Notes under the pieces: generated by a model
Databases searched by the model: none
What the model was told of the DNA's origin: nothing
What the model saw: only the letters and a program-made list of their open reading frames with translations
Program-made: the position numbers and the translations under genes
Part shown: positions 38,641-51,611 of the stretch, one piece after another
How positions within the stretch are numbered: the first letter of the stretch is position 1
How the letters are laid out: each line of letters starts with the position of its first letter
DNA from: Octopus sinensis
Lineage: Eukaryota
Assembly (NCBI RefSeq): GCF_006345805.1
Contig: NC_042997.1
Location: 172,856,001-172,920,000, forward strand
Reading direction: 5' to 3'
DNA length: 64,000 bases

Positions 38641-39164
38641 TACATCACCACCACCATGCAAGAGAAAAGCATGGTAAAGAACCATTGAAATCATCAGATA
38701 GCTAGATCTAGATCTTCCAGAAACTGTAGAAGGATGGATTGGGCAGTAATACAAATAGCAGCAGCAGCAATAGTGTTTTAAAAGTAACCCCCCTTCCCCA
38801 CAGGTAACACAATCAAAGGGCACGCACGCAGTCATTCACATTCTTCGGATTCAGCCAAGATATACAACGTACCACACCACACAAGGCACCACTTCTTTTC
38901 TACAAAAGAATTTGAGAAGAATAGAGCAAACCTTTCAAGAAAGAGTACTTCTCTGTGTAACTTGGAATTACACACATACAGAGGTATATATGAATGGATT
39001 TCACATAAGTTTCGATGAATGAAAGTTACAGATCTTTGAGAGGTAAAACAGTTATTATACTACAGTTTTAATTGCCTGAGCATCCAACTGCCAGTTGTAC
39101 CCTTAACATAAATACCCAGGCACATTCACCCGGACTTAGTGTTTGTAAAAAAAAAAGGTACATA

Positions 39165-39400
39165 TTTCTTTACTACCCACAAGGGGCTAAACACAGAGGG
39201 GACAAACAAGGACAGACAAAGGGATTAAGTCGATTACATCGACCCCAGTGCGTAACTGGTACTTAAATTATCGACCCTGAAAGGATGAAAGGCAAAGTCG
39301 ACCTCAGCTGAATTTGAACTCAGAATGTAACGGCAGACGAAATACGGCTATGCATTTCGCTCGGCGTACTAACGTCTCTGCCAGCTCATCGCCTTTAAAA
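39165..39400 (-). mobile_element. SINE family D, well-preserved copy
   Basis: aaaggcgatgagctggcagagacgttagtacgccgagcgaaatgc...ctgagttcaaattcagctgaggtcgactttgcc on the minus strand. Confidence 0.75.
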
Positions 39401-41364
39401 AGGTACAGTCTGTCATAATTTAAGTGACAGGGCATTCCACAGACAATTGTATGCTTTGCAGTGTGTATGGCCCTTCAAATTACAGGTACAACACAGAGAC
39501 CCTACATTGCTTCCAACCAACTCAATTTTACTTCCAAGGCTGTGCAGTGAGATCGAAACCTGAAACATTGTGATTGAGAAATGAATGTGTTAACGGTTCA
39601 ACCTAACAACCATACCATGTAGCTGTGCCTGCATGCATGTGTGTGTGTGTGTATGTACTTCTACTAACTCAAAGAGTAGAATTATTTATACTATGCAATG
39701 CTGTATAGAAACAAATGTCAATCAGCACTCAGATGAAGCATTTGATTATCTCTGACCATTCTCCCATCTGCCAACCAGTCCAATTCAGTCCAGCCTAGCC
39801 TAGCTCAGTCCAGCTCAGCCCAGCCAGCAAACCAGGACATACCTGCCTCCTTGCCTCACAAGTCTAGCAATGCTTGTAATTAAATAATTGTCCAATAAAA
39901 TTTGAAGGACTTAAAAATGTTTTGTTTTCTTTTTTAAATGTTATATGAGTGGAAACAAATGAGAATATACAAATGATTGATATTAATAATAATAATATTT
40001 GTGTTTTCCATGATTGTGAGTATGGGGAGAGCTTATAATACATCTGCAGCTAATTTCCCTTCCCGCCTTCCAACAATGAAGCTGGCATGACAGTGTGGGG
40101 GACACAAACAATCTGTTGCTAGATGGCCATCAACTGAGGCAAGAGATGTCAAATATGTTGTTCATAGGTACACCATATAAAACATGTAAGGTCTCAAATG
40201 AAGGTTGGCTGCCACATAGAGGTCCAGCACTGACTTATCTCTGCCAATTCTGTTACAGATTTCAAAATAGACTGTGGGTTTTTATGTTTTGTGTGTTTTT
40301 GCTGACCTTCAGTTCATGCAATGGATGTCAATGAACTCTACTATATATTTTTTACATTGATACCAGGGATACAAGTTGAAAATTTCTGAAAGAAGTGAGT
40401 GATCTAGGATGGATGTGGAAATATTCTTAAAAAATTTATATATATATAAGATATGTATATATCCATACATACCCCCGCACACATACATCTCTCTCTCCAC
40501 ACAGACATGTGTGTGTTTGTGTGTATACATGCATTTTAATGTTTACTTTTCAGAATACATACATACACACACACACACATATATATATGCATGCATACAT
40601 ATACACACAAATATAGACAACAGACATGCTCGAATCTCTCCACACCTCTCTCCACACACATACATACAGGTGCATGCATGTGTATACATGTACATATATG
40701 CATGTGTATACACACACAGATACACATAAAGATCAAATAAAATATTTGGATGGAAGATATGTCTGGCATGTTTAGTATCTGATGAAATTCAATAGTTCTT
40801 TGGAAATAAATCCGCATTGAAAATTTAAAAATAAAAATCCAATGCATAATAGTTCATGGGATAAAAATATTTGAATTTGGAGAGAGAAAAAAATGGAACA
40901 AAAAAAAAACTTTAAAAAAAAAAACCCAAAAAAAAAAAACCAGATCTTATCCTTCCAGCAGTATGTTTGTTATGTCATTTCTGCTGAAAATTTAGGTCCC
41001 ACATCCACCTAAACCCCCGCCCACCCTCATTTCAGAATAAATGTCAGTCCATTCTGAAGAAATCAGAGAAGAGGGATCTAAATTTGCATTTTGTTTTTTC
41101 GAAGTTAATGTTTTCCAGTTTTTTTTATTTTCCTTTTCTTTCTTTTTTTTCTTAGCAGCAAATGATTCTGTGAGTTAGTTGATTGTCCTCCGCATCAGTG
41201 AAATTCATAGAGAAGAGAAGTATCCAAGTCTTGCTTGTGACAATTTGTGGTTGGTTGCACCTTATTCCTTCCTCATTCTGTATTCTAAAAATACTTCTTT
41301 TCTCCAAAGTGTCCGTCCGTCCGTCCGTCCGTCTGCCTGTAGCACGCAAAGTGCTAAAAACAGT

Positions 41365-41391
41365 TCAGGAACCACGACCCCCGTCCAACAT
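41365..41391 (-). CDS. Pbx: Candidate short alternative terminal exon of Pbx (MLDGGRGS*)
   Basis: Long polypyrimidine tract gcttcctctcttttcccctccccttcaaacattatttctttctctccag| followed by ATG TTG GAC GGG GGT CGT GGT TCC TGA in phase 0. No transcript evidence. Confidence 0.35.
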   Translation of the reverse strand: MLDGGRGS

Positions 41392-44370
41392 CTGGAGAGA
41401 AAGAAATAATGTTTGAAGGGGAGGGGAAAAGAGAGGAAGCGAGTCATTTTTTCATAATAAAAAGTTGTTCATGGGTGTATGTGTATTTTGTTTCATTTTT
41501 TTATTTTCTATTATTTCTTTGTCCAGTTGTGTATGAGTGTGCCTGTGTGTAAATATATGCATGTGTGTGTGTGTATATACATATATATATATATGTACAC
41601 ATGCACACACATATACATACATACATACACATACACACACACAAACACTCCTTAAATTTTATTTTTTATTTTTTACAATTTTTAAATATTTCTTTTTTTT
41701 TTTTTTCACTTCTTATCACTGTTCAGCAGTGCCACGTTGAAGTTTTTACCCACCTCAGAGTTCACAAATTCATTCTGTTGGTTTTTATTTTATTTTTTTT
41801 TCTCTGTGTTATATCTAAGGGTTCATCATTAAGTCAATAACCTACAAATATAATTGTAGATTTACACAAGGAACTGAAGGGTAACTTCATCAATGCCACT
41901 GTCACCATTCACCATCATCATTAACCATCCACCACCACATCAAAAATAACCCACCAACATCACGACTACCATGAATACCACCACCACCACCACTGAAACC
42001 ACCACTTATATCATCATCTTCTCCAACAAAAATGACCACCACCACTGTAGTCAAAGAGCAGTTGCTGCAGTAGTAGTAGTAGTATCATAATAGACCTGTG
42101 GTGGGCATCGGATCGAGTGACCTTGCTGTGAGTTGAAGTCCTGTTGTCACATAACCGTGTGATTGATGTGTGTCTAACACAAATAGACCATGAATGTGTA
42201 TGTACAGACGTCATGTCACAAATGAACAGGCACAGGGGCGCCACCTGGGAAGCAGTTACTGCAAGAAGAAGAGACGACTCAGTGCTGCAGTGGCAGCTAA
42301 CCAGATATATGACAGAAAAAGAGAGAGAGAGAGTAAGAGTAAGAAAGAGAGATAGATAGACAGACAGACAGAATAATATGAAGCAAAAGATTTAATGAAA
42401 CATTATGAGGCAGAACAGCAGTATGTAAAAACTGTTTCGTAAGACTACAAGATGGACAGTTGATAGGGAAAAAGATGAAACGAGAATGGGAATTCTTTTC
42501 TTTTTGATTGAGATTTTTGCTTTATAAAGACTCATACTTTTTATAAAGACACATACTTTTAATAATATGGCTATTTATATTTCTTTTGCTGCACTTTCAC
42601 ATCATGTCTGCAGCATGTAAACTTAGTTGGGGAAGACGAATTGCTTTGTAAATGAATAAATATAACACCAATCATTATATACAGCTATACAATTTCAAAA
42701 ATAAATTACAATAAATAAACTATAATAAACAACCACAAAACTTAACATATAGATATGTAATCATTGCTAACAGTTTCCTTACAAACTAACAAAATCTTTT
42801 TTAAGGCTACACACTGTATAGCATGTATTGTTGGGTGAAAATGCATTATGTCAAGCATATCCCCAGGGAAAATCTACAGGAAATTATATGCCAAAATAAT
42901 AGAACTAATGAGTTAATTTTAGAAGAAGAAAAAAATCTAACATAAATGTAATTTTATTAAAATTCCATAATATTAGTTTCCATAGGAATTACTGCTTATA
43001 CATTATAAGGCACTGCATGTTTGTTTCACTTTTACCTGAATATACTGGTGTAAATAAATATTGATCTCTGACAATTAAAATTTAAATTGATACTGCTTTA
43101 AAGTAAAAGTATAGAGAATACTGAATAAAGGAGTGAATTAATTTTTGCTATAGGTTTTGAATATAAATTTCGTCAAATTACAATAATGAAATTCTAAAAA
43201 AAAATAGATAAAAAATGAGCTTGAAGATATGGTATTCAGGAGAAAAGAGAAACTGCAAGGCTCAAAGAACATATAAATTAACCTGATGACACAAAAATAT
43301 TTCAGACACAAATCAGACTCTAGACTGAAGAACAATTAAAATAAGACAATATCTTGGCAATCCTTAATCATAATCAAAACAAAAGACTGTTTCTGTAAAA
43401 AAAAAAAAAAATCAACATTTAGGAGTGGGGGGTGATGATTACACACACTCATACCCACAGACACACCACACATTGATTTAATGCAATCAGTAAGTAAAAT
43501 AGTACTTAGTACTTTTCAGAGTATTCCATTTACACACACACACACTTGTGTATGTGTGTGTTAAGAATTTGCTTGGGACAACTGATTGAATTTTCCCTGT
43601 TAAAAATTTATATTCCAAATAGAAAAAAAAAACAGTCTTTCCCAACAACTAAAGAGATCTAGGGAGTTCCATGATTTGCACTAGTAATAAGCAGAGAGAA
43701 TACAAAAAAAAAAAGAAGAAAAATGATGATTGTGAACAATTTTACATAAGCTTTTTCAGATGGTACATAGTGGCAATAAATAAATAAATATATAAGATAA
43801 AATGCTAAATAAGAGAAAGAAACAATAAGTACTTTTTTTCTTTCCTTCCCTGTTTAGAAGAATGATTAAAATCTATGAATTACAGAACACATGATAAATC
43901 ATACTGAAATTGAAATATATATAGCAGAACTCACAAAAAAATATTAATATTTTCAAGTATTCTTTTAAAATACTCAATCAAAAATGAAAAGACACACATA
44001 CATATACAGACATATATTCATGTGTATAAATAAATATATATATATATATAAAAATATATATATATATGTATTTATACACACATATATGTGTGAATAGAGC
44101 TAAATATATACATATAACTGGAATTCATAAGAATGTACTAAATAAAACAATACAAAAGAAACAAAAAAAAACAATTAACTTGTAAATAATACAGAACAAT
44201 ATTTAAAGACACACAGACACACACACACATACATACATACATACAAACACACGCAGAAGGACAATAACAAAGAATTTCCATAAATAGAGAAATGTCCCTT
44301 TCAAATTTTGGAAGACTTTTCAACGAGAGCACCTGCTTCAGAATGTATTAGATAAAATCCCACTGATAGA

Positions 44371-44402
<32 letters not shown>

Positions 44403-45164
44403 ATAAAAAAAATAATAATAAATAAAGGTAGTATTGGTGATTGGGATTTAGAGACAATACCAATAACGCCCCATTCTCTAAGGCAATAAGTCTTGTTTTG
44501 TTTTGCTTTTTAAATTGAAATATTTCAATTTTAACAAAAAAGGTACAGACGAAATGAAATGGCTAGAGCAAAGCTAAGCTAAATGGAGTGGAGAGCGGGG
44601 GCCAGAGGAAGCAGAGATGATTTATTTATATATTTGCAAAGGAATTACTGTTGTACTATTACTACACAGGAAATTTTTGAGTTAACAAACCCCTACCTAA
44701 AACATAAAAGCAAAGTAAGAGAATGCAACCGAAGAAAAGAAGAGAGAGAAAATAAAAAGTGAATTGAGGGATAAAAGAAATAAGTGAAATATACTAATTA
44801 AAAAATTCTTTTCCACAAATTCATTTTGTTTTTTTTTTTAAATAATGGGCAGTCATAGATGTTTTACTAGAGGATAACAAAACTTTTTGTTAATCAAACT
44901 GGATAAAATTAGTTTGGGGATAAAAGATTTCAACTGAACATAGGCAAATGGAAATTTACTTGGTAAAATTCCTTTGATAAAAACCTACGACATTCACAAC
45001 TTCCCCATCATCATTATACATCTTTCCTAAACTATCAAGTATTATGTATGCATAATATAAGAGAAAAATTTTTAAATATAAATTTATCTACTGTCCACTC
45101 GCTCTCTCTCTTTCTTTCTCAAACACACGCATGCATATATATATATATATACATGATAGATCAG

Positions 45165-45340
45165 TAGCTACTACACACATTTATTTTCTCTCCTTGTTTT
45201 TTTGTGTCTCTTTCTGTAGAAGAGCGTAGGCTCGAACGTAAAAGACTTTTTCAATTCCTGAGCATTATACTGATACATCAATTTGTTGTCTACACCACCT
45301 GTCTTCATCTTTTTTTTTTTCGTAAACTCTCCCCCCATAT
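45165..45340 (+). mobile_element. Penelope-like terminal-repeat relic with degenerate hammerhead motif, between (TA)n runs
   Basis: GUCUCUUU-CUGUAGA-A-GAGC guag GCUC-GAA-CGU-A-AAAGAC (45206-45246). Confidence 0.55.
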
Positions 45341-45439
45341 ATATATATATCACACAGAACCATGGTATTGACCAGACTCTGGATATTGTTATACACCACT
45401 GGTTATGAGGTATTTGGATAGTTTTAGTTTTCAAATGAT

Positions 45440-45650
45440 GCCACCTTGGTGGCTAGGCAGGCAGGCAGGCCAATATTAACCCTAAATGAAATGCCAGTCT
45501 GTTGCGGAGTTACTTATTTACAACTGAGTCAACTGGAGAAACATGAAATGAAGTGTTTTGCTCAAGAACACAATGCACAGCCGGTCTGCAAATTGAAACC
45601 ACAATCTTGCAATTATGAGTGCAAACCTGAACCACTAGGCCACACAGCTT
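45440..45650 (-). mobile_element. Degenerate SINE family A
   Basis: gtgtggcctagtggttcaggtttgcactc...ggtttcaatttgcagaccggctgtgcattgtgttcttgagcaaaacac on the minus strand. Confidence 0.65.
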
Positions 45651-47989
45651 GACACGGATACACACGAAGTCATACACATCTAATGTGTGTGTATGTGTGT
45701 GAATGTGCATCTATGTAAATGTATGCTAACTTGGGATTACAAACCCTTACCACAAAGATTTTGCGCATCCAAGCCATGTTCTGATTCATTGAGGATCACA
45801 GAGGGCTCAGAGAAAGGTTTCCATTGCACAAAGAGCTAGTTTTACAATCCTAGCCATCTACCTTCAAGTTGAGAAGAGGACCAATTTTATGATGTTACAT
45901 AGAAACATAGATTAACCCCAAACACCTGCACATTGGTCAACGCCCATGTCAACGCCCAAGATGGGAACAAGGTGGTTGCAAAACACACTTCTTAATCAGA
46001 TGGCTACACTTGTGCCTAGGTTTGATATTTCAATGGTGTGATTATTTATTGTTAGAATGACATTGAATGGTAGGTGTGAGATGTCAGACTTGACCAATTT
46101 GAACATCAAGCAGGTAGAATATTTGGGTCAGATATGGCCCCTTTAAATGCTAAAAGGTTAAAAGTTATCTATCATTTCAAAGGTGAATAGATTTCTATTA
46201 ACTTCCATTAAATTCATGCCCTTTCCCATAAGGTGGGATAAGGGATAGCAAACTGAAACCAGCTGAGAATTGAAGATGTACTAACCAGTGTTGTCAAAGT
46301 TTATTTTATCTATCTACTTATATATACATACCGCTACATACAAATATATGCTCACATGCATGCATAGATCAACATATGCACACATACAAACATCATAAAC
46401 ATTCATACACACATTTATAAACACATATACATACACACTGCACACATGCAGAACACATACACACATTTATTTGAAGCTAATGTAGCATTTCGCTGTGATC
46501 CTGAGTTTCTTTATTCATTTCAGTGGACACAAACTGAAAGAGGTCCCAGACTTGACTAAATGAATAAACTCTACTACATACATTAGATAATTAAGTCTAT
46601 CCTGTTTGTATACCCACCACCACAAAATGAAAACTAGACTATATGATAAGGAAATTGAAAAGAAAATACCTTTAACATAAGGTACAGGTTTCATCCTCAT
46701 CATTTCTTGTCCAGCTTTCGTGCTGGCATGGGTTGGACGGATGTGTCAGAGGACCGCATCATGCTTTAGTGTCTATTTGGCATGGTTTTTATAGCTGGAT
46801 GCACTTCACAGTATGTCACTGGTGCATTTTTCTGTGCTAACAGCTATAGTGAATACTGCTTCATAACTTGCAAGAGCTTTAAAGCAGTTATCTTAGGAAG
46901 ACAGTCCCGCCACCAAAAATATAATCATATGTAAAAGTGATAACAGAGAAAATTAATAAAATAATAAAGTGAGCATTAAACTGAAATTTCTCTGAAGATA
47001 TGACATCTCTCCACCATGTCTGAAAATCAAAACCATTATCTTAAAAGGACTAGTTTGAAGTGGGGAAAAACTAAGACTCTTCCTGAAACAAGTGCTTTTT
47101 CTTTGAAAGTCTTTCAAAATCAACTTGGAGAAAAATTCAACTAATAATAATATGAGAAGAGTACGTTAATTAACATACTCAACAGGAAAATGGTGAATGA
47201 AAAATGACAAACCGAAACAGTAATGCAAAATAAATAAAAAACAGATATACAAAAATGTGTCAGGGAGTAGAGAGAGAGAAGTTCAATGCATGAAAATTGA
47301 GGGTTTAAAAAAATATGTAGTGATATGAATAATGGACAGATGTAAAAGTAAAGTCGTATGGATTGGAGATTTTGAATCAACGTAAATGGTCATGCTTGAA
47401 AGGGAAGATTAGAAATGAAAAAAAAAAAAAAAATCCTAGATTAAGGTTTGGACATGTTACATATGTATGTGTATATTTTCTTTTGTGTGTACACAAACAT
47501 ATACACACACACACATACATACATAAATAAATAAATAAATACAAATATACATATACAATGTTTTATATGCATATGTATGTACGCATGTATGTATGTATAT
47601 ATGTATGTATGCATGTATGAACAAAACTGACCAACTTTCAAGAGAATATGTGAAGAGACATTCATTAGTCTGCTAGGTTGCTAAATGAAAGAAGAAAATG
47701 GAAAAAAAAAAAAAAACAACAAAAAAATGGTATCCAACCAAGAGTTTAGCAGTGACGAACTAACATGAAAGGAACATAAGCATACACAAAAATCCACACG
47801 CTCACACACATACAAAATATGTCATGCAAACATACTCAATACTGTTCTATATGGCACATGCTACACACTGACTCTTAAGCCACAAAGAGAATGTCAAATT
47901 TTGATGGCATTCGGACAAGGACAGCACTCACAGACATGCACAAACATGCACTTTTGTTTTTTTTTTTTATACTAGGCAGTAGCATTATC

Positions 47990-48012
47990 AGCAACGGTAG
48001 TAGTAGTAGTAA

Positions 48013-48045
<33 letters not shown>

Positions 48046-48135
48046 AGATGGTGGTGGTAATAGTAGTAAGAGAGGTAGTTGTAGTAGTGGTAGTAATGAT
48101 AGTAGTAGTAATAATGGTAGAGTTGCTGGTACTAT
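47990..48135. repeat. (TAG)n/(TGG)n trinucleotide tract downstream of the Pbx exon donor
   Basis: Direct inspection. Confidence 0.9.
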
Positions 48136-48353
48136 TTGAGGTCTGGTGGTGTTCACAGCTGTGATGATGATGATAATAGTTTTGGTGACGGTGGTGGCAG
48201 CAGCAGCAGTAACAGCAGCAGTGGGCAGTACAAAGGCATTTTTTTAAAAAATTAATTTAAGAAAAAAAAAAAAAAAAAAGGAAAAACAAAACAAAATTTG
48301 GCTGGAGATATATTTTTCTAAACATGACCTTGAGGGGTATATGGTGATGATAC

Positions 48354-48461
48354 CTGTTGTATATGCAGGGAATCGTACATGCCACCAGTAGCTGAATTCT
48401 GTAGGGCAGCATCTGCGTTGTAGCCACCGGTCTGTGATATCACGTGTCGCAAAGCATTAAC
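48354..48461 (-). CDS. Pbx: Pbx/extradenticle internal coding exon (C-terminal region, downstream of the homeodomain)
   Basis: Minus strand reads ccttctgttttgtctgtag|GTTAATGCT...CAACAG|gtatca. 108 nt, phase 0-0, translating to [36 protein letters not shown]. This matches human PBX1a [30 protein letters not shown], which from memory is also a phase-0/0 exon starting at the same Val. Not in the ORF track because it lacks an in-frame start. Confidence 0.9.
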
Positions 48462-51389
48462 CTACAGACAAAACAGAAGGATGCATTCATTCCAGTCAGC
48501 TACTTAAGTGATTCTATGCATCATGCAATACAAGGGGAGCGGGGAGGAGGGGGGAACCAGAGTTGAAGCAGCATTCTAGCCCATGGGATATTTGTTTACA
48601 TGGACACACAGACCAAAAAAAAAAAAAAAAATTTTTTAAATCCCCAAATAAACTTTTATCACAGAATAATAAATTAGTAATTACATCGTTGGTAGTCACA
48701 TTTGACCGAGACAAACATGGCTGGCTGCACACATGTATAACTGTTATATATCACTCCTGTTTTCATTTTTGAATATTATAAAGTTTTAAATTTGTCATAG
48801 ATCTACATACAATCAAGTTTAGGCATGGACAATCTTTTCCGAGAAGTGGGCCACATTAGACGTAGCTCACCATAGGAAGGGCCACACTACTAAAAAAACT
48901 CCAAAGTAATTCTTCATAAGGAATGTCACTCAGAAAGTCCAATGAGTTGCAGGGTGCCCATGAATGATCTTATCATTGATACTAGCAGAACACTAGTGCA
49001 CAAAATAGACCCAAAGTGGATACAATAACATATTTGTATTGTAATTAGTTATTATGATTCCTTCACAATGCAAGTGCTTCAGTTTCAATGCCCAATAATT
49101 GCAAATCAAATAATTTGCTGAGCAAGCCAGAATACAACATTAAAATTATATTTGTATATTCAACTATTTATAGGACTAGGCCTGTTATGTTTTTCTAACT
49201 GATCAACCACACAAATTAACACATATAAATGGATTGATTTTATGACTTGATAATTATAGGTAAGGGATATGAGACAGTGCAACAGTCCTGACATTAAGTG
49301 AAGTGATCTAGGCTTAACTGATAACTATTAAACTTGCAGTGTTGGACAGCTCGAATGGAGTTTCTTTTGATCTTGGGCACAAGGCCACCACTTAAAGGTT
49401 GTGAAAACATATGAAGGTGATGTAATTCTAAACACACATACATACACAAACACACATATATTTATTCTATAGTTGTTGGTCCAACAAAATATATATATTC
49501 TGTTTCATTCTGGAACTAAGGAACAAAATGATTAAGAAAAGCTAATTCATAATATAATCAAAATTTTCCCCAAATTTTTGTTCCTTAGTTCCAGATGAGC
49601 TGATTTAAATATTTTTTAATCGTTCTGTAAATGAAATCGGAAATCTGCAAACCAATACAGTTCTCAAAGAACAAGTAAGAACACAGTTACAAACCCAGTG
49701 AGCTAGAACAAGTAACTAAATAGTCTTCAGCACCAGATTAATACTAATTCCACTGAGTGATAAAACAGATAATAATAATTTATAATAATCATAATGGTAA
49801 CTAAATTCAAATGAAAGGAGATATAATTCCAGTATAAAATTTATGAACCTATTTCTTATTATTTGTGGGTTGGGATACAGAAGTTAGACGTTACTTAAAT
49901 ATATAGAAGAAAAGAGTAAAAACAAAACAAAAATATGGTCAAATCTATTTTAGCCAACTGTGAAAGTAAAACCATCATACTGAAATATTTACACACTGGT
50001 GCACACTAATGCATGGATCTATTACTATTATAATACATAAAATGATGTCACGGGGTTAAAAAAAAAACGTGTGCGTATAAGTGAATAAACAGTTAGTAGT
50101 GAGAACCTCTAGGGAGAATTCAGCAGTGAAAGGTTTTCAGAGAAGTAACCCCATATATTCAAGTGTTTTGGCCCTTAATTCCTTAACTTTGAGGAAGGCA
50201 GGCTGCATCCAGGTCATGACCCCTGAATACCCATCTGCTGTCACATTTCATGATGATATCTGTATTGCAACCCTCCTGGATGGTTAAGGTGTGCTAGAGT
50301 CACAGTAGCCTGGGTGTCACAAGTGGTTCAGTCTGAGACACCAGCCAACTCTAGGGCAAATTTATGGCTTCTAAAATACATTTCCACTCTTCCTTAACCA
50401 GATTCAGTTGGAACTCATCTCAGCAGTTTCTGCCATTGCTTTAAGAGTTCTGGTTCTTTATGTCTCAAATTGAGAGCTGTTTCATGAGATCATAGGCCAA
50501 TTTGCCCTCAACTGTAGGCACATGGAAGAGTAGCAGTCACACATCTCTGTATGACTAATCCATGTTGTTGTGCTGTGTAGTCAGTCATGGTCTTCATTGA
50601 TTATTGAATACTGAAATTCTTGGACACAGACAGCAGATTTTTCAGTGCAGAGTTCAAACATATTCCCAACAATAAAATAAAAACCACTTCTGCATATTCA
50701 AGCATATGGAAGTTACAGTATATTGAGAGTCTCTAGTTTCTTGCAAAGATGGTTGCTACATATTAATGCTATGAAAACATAAACATAGTTGTTTTTATCA
50801 ATCAACTATGGACAAAGTGTTAACACTGAGCATTCTTTAATTTTTTTTCCACACATTTATCAATAAATTAATTATACTTATTCAGTATTTTCTAGGCCTT
50901 TGTGAAATTTAACAAGCAATTATAATCTCTATCAAGATTATAACAGTTCATTCATTAAATTCATTTTTCTTTATATGTGAACAGTCCACACACATTCACA
51001 TATAAATTTTAAGTAGTAGAAAATATGAATTAGAATCAAGTGGTGTCAACAGCAAGCTCCCCATTCAGAATTGGCTATCAGTTTACATACAACTCAATTA
51101 TCATGTAGTGTAATGCAATACGTTCATATAACTGAAAATTCAGGAAATCCAAACATATGCATACATATATATATATTGTAAAGTCAGAGTTGTAAAGAAT
51201 GTTGAAATATATATTACATAGTACCAACATCATCTTGTATACAACTAAATAGTGTTTATCAGAAATCATGAACAACCCTGCCGGGGTCAAAAGGTTTACT
51301 CTGCAAACCATGTACTTTTAGGTTCAGTCCCATGACAACTGTTTTCTACTATAGGTTAAGGTTGATCAAGGCCTTGCAAGTGACTAAGG

Positions 51390-51611
51390 TAGAGGGGGAG
51401 CTGAAAAGTTCCTAGCTTTGGGTAAAAAAAAAATGCAGGAAGCTCAGTTAATCATGATTTTAATAAGCATATTCCCTCTCTTAGATTCACACCCTTATTG
51501 CAGCAGTCCTTCAGTTTTCCTAAGCCCTGTAAAAGAACTTGGAAGGTTGGGCTTCCAACCAGGTCTTTTGTTATACCCTTAAAGCCAGGAACTTTACAGC
51601 ACCCCCTTGTA
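51390..51611. mobile_element. Mariner-type MITE
   Basis: ~30-bp TIRs tagagggggagctgaaaagttcctagcttt / aaagccaggaactttacagcacccccttgta, ending in TA. Confidence 0.75.

Larger units (their letters stand above)
12007..48353 (-). other. Predicted 36,347-bp GT-AG intron of Pbx
   Basis: Bounded by the GT donor at 48352-48353 and the AG acceptor at 12007-12008; filled with repeats. Confidence 0.6.

Noticed and set aside
37891-38705. Longest ORFs in the track (180-257 aa, YI/CV-rich), and similar ones at 10007-11375 and 21003-22438
   Set aside because: Translations of dinucleotide microsatellites and the satellite; stop-free by composition, with no protein signal.
38804-38990. Plus-strand ~60-codon open frame after an acceptor-like cag
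   Set aside because: Weak donor; joining it to the 33379-33591 candidate gives an immediate stop; no recognisable homology.
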